In this document: positions 39,501-51,500 of the stretch, piece by piece
How positions within the stretch are numbered: the first letter of the stretch is position 1
Layout: every line of letters starts with the position of its first letter
Source of the DNA: Hypanus sabinus
Taxonomy: Eukaryota
Direction: 5' to 3'
Assembly (NCBI RefSeq): GCF_030144855.1
Contig: NC_082706.1
Location: forward strand, 15,004,001-15,068,000
Length of the DNA stretch: 64,000 nt
Translations under genes and position numbers: made by a program
Notes under the pieces: model-generated
The model's input: only the letters and a program-made list of their open reading frames with translations
Database searches by the model: none
Told to the model about the DNA's origin: nothing

Positions 39501-42500
39501 GATCAGTTCAAAGATTATAGAGGAGGTACAGGAGACTGAAGAGAGACACTGATCATCATCAGATTTCTGAATGGACAGAAAACCCTTGATCTCTCATCAT
39601 CGTTATGTACCGTATCCTGTGATGTAGGCAATGATGGTCTATGACCATGATTGGCAAATTTTTCCACAGAAATGGCTTGCCATTGCCACATGCAGTGTCT
39701 TTACAAGATAGGTGACCCTAGCCATTATCAATATTCTTCAGAGATTGTCTACTTGGTGTCAGTGGTCGTATAACCAGGACTTGTGCACCAGCTACTCATA
39801 TGACCATTCATCACCTGCTCCTATGCTTCACGTGACCCTGATCACTGGGGCTAAAGAGGTGCTCCACCTTGCCCAAGGGTAACCTGCAGGTTAGCAGAGG
39901 GAGAGTGCCTTACACCGCCTTATGTAGAGATGTATCTTCATTGCACAACCCTCCTATGAACACTACCTCACTATTTTTGCTCTCTTTTTGCCCTAATTTA
40001 TTTTAAATATATTTCTTATAGTAATATATATTGTATTTTATGTACTGCTCTGTACTGCTGTTGCAAAACAACAAATTCAGTGACATATGTCAGGGATAAT
40101 AAACCTGATTCTGATTGAGAGAGGCTGCTGTAAGTGCTTTGATTTACAAGACAACTGTTGAGAACAGGTGACAGGCTGTGGTGTGAGATGGGAGGGTGAT
40201 GAAAGTAATAACTGCATTGCCGAGGTGCCTTAGCTTTCACTGTGTTCTATCAGGTGTCACATCATCAATCAGTTCAGTCGGGGTTTTTACGATTATATTA
40301 TTGCAACGGACGAGCATGACCTGACTAATGCTTCCAGTACAGATGGGATGAAGAAAAAGAAAAGCCACGGCAAAGGAGCAAAGTAAGTATTATTTTCAGT
40401 GGAGTCAAAGTCATACAGTGTAGGCCTGGTTTGTTTATCGTGTCCATCAAGCACTCATTTACACTAATTCTAAACTAAATCAAGCTTGTGTAATAGTTAG
40501 AGATGTGATGCAACTCTGAGAAGGTTGAATCTGGTGGAAGTAGTGCGTGGATTGAGTGAGTGGAAATGTGGGACCTCGTACCACTAGGATCAGGAACAGT
40601 TATGACCCGTCACCCATCAGGCTCTTGAACTGAAGTGGATAACTTCACTCAACTTCACTTGCCCCTTCATTGAAATGTTCCCACAAGCAATAGATTCACT
40701 TTTGAGGACTCTTCATCTCATGTCCTTGATATTTATTTAATATTACTTCTTTCATTGTGTATTTGCACAGTTTGTTGTCTTCAGCACTTTGGTTAAATGC
40801 CCTAGTTGGGCGGTCTTTCATTGATCCTGTTATTATTCCATAGATTTATTGAGTATGCCCACAGGAAAATAAATCTCATAGTTGTATATGGTGACGTATA
40901 TGCACTTTGATAATAACAATTACTCTGAACTTTACAATTTAGACACAAAAAAATGACATTTGATAAAGACAGTGAATGTCCTCAGATAATTGCATATACT
41001 GTGGGTATGATAGAAAGTACAGGAGAATTAAGGATACTTGTTCTCAGACTTCTGAGTAGGGCATGTTACTTCAGTAATTAAGTTATAGAGCATTCCAGAT
41101 GCTTAAATTTATTCATTGACATTACTGATAATTGGGAGGTCCAGCTAATCATATATGAAATAATAACTAGGCCACAATGTGAGTACTGTGTACAGGCCTG
41201 CTTACCAAATTGGATGGCGCATGTGAGCTGCTGGGGCATTAGTATCTGAAAGTTGGTCCGCAGAATCCAATTCCAGTTACTTTGGGCAGTATTCCGAACA
41301 CCCTTGTATCGTTCTGCTTAAAATAATGAATTATTATTCCGATGGATGTATGACTTTTCTTCAAGGCCAAGCCTGCTGATCTTCTGGGGTTCTCCTATGT
41401 TGTGTATTTTGAGTGTGTGTAATTCTAAGCACAGACCCTGATAATTATAACAACAAAGATCAATCAACTTTTTTTTTTAACCTCCATATGTTGTTAGAGA
41501 AACTTTTTTGCCCAAAGGGTCATGGTAACACGAAGGAGTGGGGAGGCAGAAAACCTTGATGCATTTAAAAAGTCCGGAATGAACATTTGATCTCTGCTAA
41601 TCTGAAGGGCTAAAAGTTGGAATAGTTAATTACCTTTTTTTTCCATTCAGAGTGGGTACAACAGGAATAGTAATTGCCTTGCGTCCCTTTTGTTTTATCA
41701 GCATTGTCATTGGAATTGTTTTTATAAACCGTAGATTTCTTTATTTTCTTGTTGGCCCAAATCAATATGTTGGTCACTAGATTTTTTTCTCCTTCGAGCC
41801 TCAAAGTTATTGTGCACCTGGGGTTGCATGTGATTGAACACATAATCCTTCAGATAAGTGCAGCAAGTGCATGGGCTTTTGATTAATGATGTTTTCTGTA
41901 TATTATCTGTTTCTACACTGAGTGACCACTTTATTAGGTAGACCTGTATGTTAATGTAAATATCTAATCAACCAATCATTTGGCAGCAACTCAATGCATA
42001 AAAGCATGCAGGCATGGTCAAGAGGTTCATTTGTTGTTCTGACCAAACATCCGAATGAGAAGAACTGTGACTTTGACCATGGAATAATTTTTGGTGCCAG
42101 ATGGGATAGATTGAGTATCTCAGAAACTGCTGATCTCCTGGGATTTTCACACACAGCAGTCTCTAGAGTTTATAGGGAATGGTTAGTAAAACAAAAAATA
42201 CCCAGTGAGCGGCAGTTCTGTTGGTGAAAATGCCTTGTTAATGAGAGAGGTCTGAGGAGACAGTAACTCAAATAACCACGTGCCACAACAGTGGTGTGCA
42301 GAAGAGCCTATCTGAACGCAGAACATGTTGAACCTTGAAGTGGATGAACTACAGCAGTAGAAGAACACACCGGGTTCCATTTCTGTACCTGAGAAAGTGG
42401 CCAGTGTGTGTCTCTAACCGACAACAATGCCAAGATGTTCTATATAGAACTTAAAAACAGTAGGATATTGGGATTGGATTGTATGATCCACAACCATCAA

Positions 42501-45500
42501 GTATCAAGGCACACTTGGTCTGACTTGAGGTGGTGATTGATTTAATATATTTTTTTGGTTAAAACATTTTTTCGTGTTCATAATTAACAGATATTTTTCT
42601 TACTATTTCAGAGGGAAGGATAATGAATATGGGGTCTCCCGAGGGATAGACTTTCAGAATCTGTCAAATGTAATCAATTTTGATGTCCCACTCACAGTAG
42701 AGTCGTATATCCATCGTGTTGGAAGGTAAATCATAATGTACATTGCATCTAGACTATAAGACATAGGATACAATTAGGGCATTTGGTCCATCTAGTCTGC
42801 TCCACCATTTAATCATGTCTGATCCTTTTTCCCCTTCCACAGCCCCACTTTCCAGCCTTCTCCCCGTAACTTTTGCTGCCGTGTCCAATCACGAGCCTGT
42901 CAAGCTGTACCTTAAAAACACCTAACGACCTGGCCTCTACAGCTGCCTGTGGTAATAAATTCCACAAATTCACTACCCTCTGGCTAAAGAAATTTCTCTA
43001 CATCTCTGTTTTAAATGATGCTGCTCTATCCTGAGGCTGTGCCCTCTTGTCCTAGACTCCCTCACCATGGGGAAACATCCTTTCCACATCAACTGTCTAG
43101 GCCTTTCAGCATTTGAAAGCTTAAAATGAGATATCCCCTCATCCTTCTAAATTCCAATGTGTACAGACTCAGTGCTATCAAATGTTCCTCGTATGATAAC
43201 CCTTTCATTCCTGGAATCATCCTTGTGAACCTCTGGGAATGAAAGGGTTATCATACGAGGAACGTTTGATAGCTCTGGGTCTGTAGGCACTGGAATTTAG
43301 AATGATGAAGGGAGATCTCATTGAAACCTTTTGAATGTTGAAAGGCCTAAATCCTTCTCATTTTCTTCCCAACTGTGGCCTGTAGTTATCTAAAATTACA
43401 TAGGGAACTTAAATCAACTAGGTTAGTGGGCCAGGGAATAGCAGATGGAGTTTAATTCAGGTAAATGCAAAGTGTTGATATTTGGTAAGGCATATCAGGG
43501 GAGGGGTCCTGGGAAATGTTGTAGCACAGACTGACAAGTATATAGTTTCCTGATGGTGGACAGGTTAATGAGGAAGACATTTGGTATACTAGCCTTCATC
43601 AGTCAACACATTGAGTATAAGAGTGGCAATGTCATTTTGTTAAGTTAACACACACAAAATGCTGGTGGAACTCAGCAGGCCAGGCAGCATCTATAAGGAG
43701 AAACACTGTCGACGTTTTGGGCCTGGCCTGCTGTGTTCCACCAGCATTTTGTGCGTGTTGCTTGAATTTCCAGCATCTGCAGATTTCCTCGTGTTCATTT
43801 TGTTAAGGCCACATTTGGAGAACTGTGTACATTGGTGAGACCTGTCATAAATTGGGTGACTGCTTCATCAAGCACCTCCGCTCCATCTGCCAAAAATGGA
43901 ACTTCCTGGTGGCCAAACATTTTAATTCTGATTCCTCTTATGATATGTCAGTCCATGGCTACCTCTTGTGCCATGATGAGGCCACCATCAGGGTGGAGGG
44001 GGCATGAAGATCGAATTATCCTTCCATTAAAAAAAATCCTCTCCCCTCCCTTCCCCTCTCCTCCTCTTCTATTCCCCACTCTGTCCACTTACCTCTTCTC
44101 ACCTGCCTATCACCTCCCTCGGGTCCCTTCCTGCTTTTCTTTATCCAATGGTCCTCTCCTCTCCTATCAGATCCCTTGCTGTCCAGCTCTTTACCTTTCA
44201 TACTCACCTGGCTTCACCTATCACCTTCTAGCCATCCTCCTTCCCTTCCCTCCATCTTTTTATTCTGGCATCTTCCCTCTCCCTTTCTGGTCCTGATGAA
44301 GAGTCTCGGCCCGAAACTTCGACTTTATTGATTTCCATAGATGTTGCCTTACCTGCTGAGTTCCTCCAGCACTTTGTGTGTGTTGTATGTACTTCTTGTT
44401 TGACTGGCTGTCACTGAGCTGGAAAACGTGCAGAAAGTATGAGATTGTTACTGCAACTAGACGATTTGGTTTATAAGGAGAAACTGGATAGGCTGGGACA
44501 TTTTTTCTTGGAGCATTGAGGCTGAGGGTGGCCTTTTTTGGGGTGGGAACAAAGTCACCGGAGAGCTAGTGAATATATAAGTGTTTTTATAGCAAAAATA
44601 AGCAGCACACATCCTAGTTCAATACACTTGGAAGAAGAGACCTGCTCAGCCCAACATTACATGACATTTTTTAAATGCTAAAGATCAAAGGTAACGGCAG
44701 GATAATTCTGTAGTTATAATGTATCTACAATGCTTCCTTTGAATTACATATAGTTTTTGAACACCTCCTTTGCACCCACACCCCAGACACCCAAAATGAA
44801 TGTTAATCCCCACTGGCTCTGGGCTGCATTTATGCAAACATGGGCATCAGGTCCAAGTGGAGTGTTCCTTTATTTGTGAGTGACCCCAACCTGCAGTTCC
44901 AGGAAACCCATTATTCTGAGCTGCATTTTAAATTCAACTTGCAATCCACGTTCAAATCTGAAGAGTGGCTGCTGTTGAGTTTCATATTTGTTATATACCT
45001 TAATTCCAGAATATGTCCTAACAAGCGTAGAGTTTAGAAAAGCGTGAGGGGCAACAGATATGGTGAATAGTCTTTTCTCTATGGATGGGGAGTCCAAATC
45101 TAGAGGGCATGGGTTCAAAGTGAGAGGGGAAAGATTTAAAGGGAATCTGGGGCAACTTGTTCACACAGGCTAATGTGTAAAAGGAACGAGTAGGGTATAA
45201 TTACGGCATTTAAAAGATATTTGGACAGGAATATGCGTGGGAAAGGATTAGAGATATTTTGGCCAAAAGCAGGCAAATGGGACTAGCTTGGTTGGCCAAT
45301 TTGTTTCATATGGAGATATGGACCAAAGGGCCTGTTTTCCACACAGTATACCTCAATGACCTGTGACTGTCTGCTAGCCTTTGAGTAAAACAATTTGTCA
45401 GTCACTGAAATGAACTGCCCAATGCTTCTGAACATTAAAGAAGTTTTTTTTAATGCGTGCTGAGGTTGATGATGGATTTGAATTCCACTTATTCCCACAG

Positions 45501-48500
45501 AACAGCTCGCGTGGATAACCAGGGTACAGCACTGACCTTTGTGTCGCACAAGGAATTGCCGCTGTTACAACAAGTGGAAGAAGCACTAACTGGAGGTTAG
45601 ACCTGGCTGTTGGGTCGAGAGTCATAGAACACTGCGGTACAGAAAGTTCAGCCTTATCTAGGCTGAACTATTATTCTGCCTAGTACCATCAACCACACCT
45701 GGATCACAGCTTTCCATACCCCTTCCCATCCTTGTACTTGTACACTTAAATGTTGCAATGGAACCCTCATCCCTCACTTGTTCTGGCAGCTGGTTCCACA
45801 TGCCCCACTTTCTGAGTGAAGAAGTTCCCCTTAAGTATTTCACCTTGCATGCTTAACCTCTGATCTCTGTCTAGTTCTAGTCTCACGTGACCTTAGCTGA
45901 AAACACCTGCTTGTATTTACCTTACCTGTACCCCTCATTATTTTGTACACCCCTGTGCTTCAGGGAAAAATGTCCTAACCTGTTCAGTCTTTCCCGTAGT
46001 TGGGGCAAATCAGAGGTTTAATTCTCTGACATTAGGGTGGAAGGTTTGATTAGAAACCTGTCTCCCTTGAAAGATGCACTGACAGCAATCAAACAACTCC
46101 TAGCATCTTAGCTTGAAACCCCGTTTACATTTCCATTGTGAGTCAATTCATGCATTAAAGTAAATAACTATAATTCATACCCTTGCAGCACACACAAAAC
46201 ACTGGAGGAACTCAGCAGGCCAGGCATTGTTAGGAAAAGAGTCCAGTTGATGTTTTGGCATCCTGCCGAAGGGTTTCTATCTGAAATGTTGTCTGTACTC
46301 TTTTCCTTGATGCTTCGTGGCTTGCTGAGTTCCTCCAGCACTTTGTGTGAGTTGCTCGAATTTCCAGCATCTACAAATTTTCTCTTGTTTAGAATTTGTA
46401 CCCAATTTCTTAACTGAAAGTGCTTTCCCCTTTTCTCCAATTTATGCTAAATGGTAGCTGAGCACACATTCCAGTTGGTTGTTCCCAACACTAAAACGTG
46501 GTTTTGAAAGTAAATATGAAGTAAGAAATAAAGCTGTAGGATGTAGGAGTAGAACTAGGCCACTCAGCCCATCGAGTCTGCTCTGCCATTCCATTGTGAC
46601 TGATTTAAACCATTCACCTCCCTGTAACTTCTGGCGCCCTTACTAATCAAGAATGTATCAACTTGAAATTCACCCAATGGCTTGGCCTCCACAGACATCT
46701 GGCATTGAATTCCACATTTTCACCACCCTTTGATTAAAGGAATTCCTCCTCATCTCTGATCTAAGGGAGGTCCTACTATTAAACTGAATAAACTTTGTTT
46801 CCCAAGTACTTATCTGTGCTGTACAATGGATATACCTGGAAGTTAATTGATGGCTTGATTTTCTTGCTATTTTATCAGTGGCTTAAATCTGTACTTAGAT
46901 GGCAACAAAAACCCAAGACATCCTGATGTAGAAAATTGCAACTCAAGTATTTTAACAGTGGTCTCTGTTACTGCCCATTACCCTAAACATCTATGGTCCT
47001 CTTGAGGAAGAAGATCTCAGAAGCAGAATGCAACGTTCAGTAATAGATTTAATACTGATGCTTTTATATCAACAGAGAACATGGACTGTGCTTTGAAACC
47101 CTACCGGTTTCGCATCGAGGAGATTGAGGGTTTCCGCTACCGGTGTAAGGTATGATGATCAGAGTGTAACCTGCCTGTTTCTGTTGCACCTGTTTTTCTT
47201 GGGTGGTCTTTGTGTAATATTTTCATGTTCAATGCAAATATATTTTAAAATTATGAAGACAAAGCTGTCCTAAAGTACCGCGTTCACTAAAGTACTGAGG
47301 CTCTGAGAAATGGATGTGTTCCTGATGATCAATGATCAGAAAGCATCTTCAGAGATCTTTGTAGTGTTGGTGGAACACCATTTCCATTCAATTTGTTCAA
47401 TTCCATTGACAGGTGTCCTGAAGTTTGGCTGAAAGTTGTGGCCAACACTTTTCTCTGTAAATCATAAGGCTTAAGTCCCACTCCAGAATCCTAAGCACAA
47501 AAACTGTCATCAATACTTCATGACCGTACTCCTGCCTCTTTATAACATTTGACTCCTTTAATAATTAAGTATACCCAATGACTTTGTGTCCGCAGCCAAA
47601 CGCGGGAACAAGTTCCACAGATATTCAGACGATGCTAATTGTTGAGGGTAAACTGTACTTACTGGCTGCACTACAAGGTCACATCTCACAGGTTTACGTA
47701 CCTGAAAATGCTTTGTCTGCCCTGAAATGGCAAAAGACCAAAGGTGCAAGTTTTCACATTTAAATATTTCTATCTTTTTTCAGGATGCCATGCGTTCAGT
47801 TACAAAACAGTCAATTAAGGAAGCTCGGCTCAAAGAAATCAAACAGGAGCTACTCAACTCTGAGAAATTGAAGGTGAGGCAGAGGAGATTCTCCATTCTC
47901 TTTTTGAGTGTTAGTGTACCAATAGTTATGGGACCCCCCCACCCCCATACTCTATAGGAGTGTTAGTGAACCAGTTGTTATGGGACTCCAATCCTCTGTT
48001 AGTGTTAGTGAACCAGTAATTATGAGATCCCATCCTCTGTTAGTGAACCAGTAATTATGGGACCCCATCCTCTGTTAGTGTTAGTGAACCAGTAATTATG
48101 GGACCCCATCCTCTGTTAGTGTTAGTGAACCAGTAATTATGGGACCCCATCCTCTGTTAGTGTTAGTGAACCAGTAATTATGGGATCCCCATGTTCTGTT
48201 AGAATGATAGTGAAATAGTAGCTATCAGACTCAATCTATAGTGAACCAGTAGTTAAGGACCCCCATCCTCTTGCATTAGTGAAGTGGCATCAGATTTTAT
48301 GAGATGACCATGGGCAATATAGAGTACAGAGGAAAGTACAATATTTTAAGTTAAACTATGACTTAGTCATACCTTTTCAGTGACCCTATATTCTTTTATA
48401 GACCTACTTTGAAGATAATCCTAGAGACTTCCAGCTGTTGCGACATGATAGACCTCTCCACCCAGCAATTGTAAAGCCACATTTGAAGAACGTACCAGAT

Positions 48501-51500
48501 TACCTGAGTGAGTCTCCTAACACAGCTCTTTAAAGGAACCCAATTGCTTTGAAAGAAAGATCAACTTAAAGCTATCAGGAAAACAGGCTGAATATTTTAT
48601 TTGAAGGATATAATGTTGAGTCTGTAATTGTAATTGAAAATTTTTAGAAAATCTACATGTTGGAATTCAGAGGAAAGAACTGAAAATACTCAGCAGATTT
48701 GTTAGTATGTGTGGAAGGAGACGCAAAATTAACATTTCAGCTCTTTTTATTTTGAACATGTATTCCGTTGTCACTTTATTAGGTACACCTGTACACCTTG
48801 TATATCTAATCAGCCAATCATGTGGCAATAACTCAGTGCATAAAAGCAAACAGACATGGTCGAGAGGTTCATTTGTTGTTCAGACTAAATGTCAGAATTG
48901 GGAAGAAATGTGATCTAAGTGACTTTGACCATGGAATGATTGTTGGTGCCAGATTGGTGTGGTTTGAGTATCTCAGAAACTACTGATCTCCTGAGATTTT
49001 CACGCACAAGTCTCTAGAGTTAACAGAATGGTGCAAAGATCAATAAACATCCAGTGAGTGGCAGTTGTATGGATGAAAATGCCTTGTTAATGGGAGAAGT
49101 CAGAGGAGAATGGCCGGAATGGTTTAAGCTGACAGGAAGGTGACAGTACCTCAAATAACCACTCATTACAACACTTATGTGCAGAAGAGCATCTCTGAAT
49201 ACACAACATGTCGAATTTTGAAGTGGATGGGCTACAGCATCAGAAGACCATGAACATGCACTGAATGGCTACTTTGTTAGGTACAGGAGGTACCTAATAA
49301 AGAGGTCACTGAATGTATACTGCCTTTGTTTCCCTGAGTATTTTAGCTATGCTGCACACTATATGCACCACACCTAATTCCATTTATTTAGGGAATTAGC
49401 GTCCTGATGAACTAGTGGTCCAAAATGTTGACAGTTTATTCCTGTCCTTAGATGCAGCCTGATCTGCTGAATTCCACCAGCATTTTGTGTGTGTTAATTT
49501 AGAGAATTCATGTGGTATTCTGTAATTACATGCAGTCACTGTGTCGGTACAACAAAGGAGGCATGCCTACTCTGAAATAAGTGGTTCAAGGCAAGTAATG
49601 GGAATAAAAATGGAGAATTAACTATTTGATTTGGAAGGCATTGCACAAGAGGGTGAAATAATTTGTGAAAAAGTTAGAGGGAGATTATCAAAGAAAATGG
49701 TGAGGAAAGAAAAATGGGATTACTGCCTAAAGGTATAGCAGAGGTAGTGACCCTCTATATATTTTACAATACTAGCAGTACTATGAGCCTGCTGCTAGCG
49801 GGTCAGATTAGGCTGGATAACACTGATTTGACCAGCATGAACATGATTGTCCAAATTACAGCTATGAAAGAGTCATGGAGATTTAGGACACAGGAGATCG
49901 TTCAACCCATTGTGCTCAGGGCAGCTGACAATGTAGCTAATTAGGTTACACCTTGTTTTCCAGTTGAATTTCTTCAAATGATTATGGAAGTAGGGTACAT
50001 TTAAAGCAGAAATTGACAGATGATAAGGGGATGAATTTCTATCTTGGGTGGAGGGGAATGTGGAGTTAAGTCAGCCATGCTACTAAACAGTAGAGGAGAT
50101 TTTTTAAATTGAGGCACAGCACCGACTAGGCCCTTCTGGTTTTTAAGCCATGCTGCCCAGCAGTCCCCTAATTTTAATCCTATCTTAATTTACAATGATC
50201 AATTAACTTACCAACTGGCAACATCTTTGGACATTGTGAGGAAACCAGAGCACCAGGAGGAATCATACGGGTGCAGGGAGAACATAAAGAACGCCTTACA
50301 GGTAGATTTGAGGGACTGGGGTGTCTACTCCTAACTTGTGTGTTTCACGATTCAAGGAATAAGGTTGGCTTGGACACAAAATTCCTCTGTAGTTAGACCA
50401 TAAGACACAGGAGCAGAGTTAGGCCATTCGTAACCATGTGACAATTACAGAACGGAAACAGGCCATCTCGGCCCTTCTAGTCCGTGCTGAACCCTTACTC
50501 TCACCTAGTCCCACCTACCTGTACTCAGCCCATAACCCTCCATTCCTTTCCTGTCCATCATCTCATAGAGTCATTGATGGCTGATTTATTATCCCTCCTA
50601 ACCACATTCTTCTGGCATAATATCCTAACAGATTGATAACATTAATCTTTTATGTCCACCTGAGAGGACAGTTGATGTGTTATGCCTTATCTGAAAGGCA
50701 GCAACGATGTAGAACTCCCTCATTAATGCTTTGAAGTGGCTTTGATTGCATTTTTCAATCGCCGGAAAATTAAGGCTGGATTTTCTGTCTTGTGAAGAAT
50801 GTAATGGCTGTCATAATATCTATCATTATTTGGTTACTCTTTCTAGCTGCTGGTACCTTGTTATAATGTTGAAATTGATTGTCTTTTCATTGATGATTGT
50901 ATTTTCATACCGCTAGTTCCAAAAACACTCCGAGGAATCGCTAATCCTTTCATCAGTAAGAGGAAGAGATGGAGAAGCAAATTCTCAAAAAATAACCAGC
51001 AGAAAGAAATAAAGGTGAGAAGATCCAGTCAACTGTTTGAGACATGTATGGTGATATATTACTCAGAAACTTGTTCTGTTGTTTACCCTCAAATCAGCCC
51101 CCCCCCCCCCCAAATGAATAGTTAACAAATCTTATCGATAAGGATTGTACTTGCTCGGTAAAGACCTCTCCTATTACTTGCCACTGCAGCAACAGCCTTT
51201 GATAATCCCCTCATTCTTTTTTCTAACTATAATCCATTTGATGTAGAAGTGTGCTGGGTATGAATGTAGTTCAGCTGGGAATGGGTATAGTTAACTTGGT
51301 TTGAACTTATGCCGGAGTATTGTCCACGGATCGTATTTCTGTCTGGAGAATGTTACAAATGCATGGCTTCTCTGAGGAACATCACCTTGCGATGGGGGAG
51401 GATTGTGAGTTCCTGAGGGCAATGCCTTCTGGAACTTAGCTCCTGATAGGGTCACCCATGGTGGTATGGTCAAGGGGGAAGTATGGCCCTTTGAACCTTA

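Noticed and set aside
47908-48280. CRISPR-like regular repeat
   Set aside because: Head-to-tail tandem units with no unique spacers, inside a eukaryotic intron, and no cas genes
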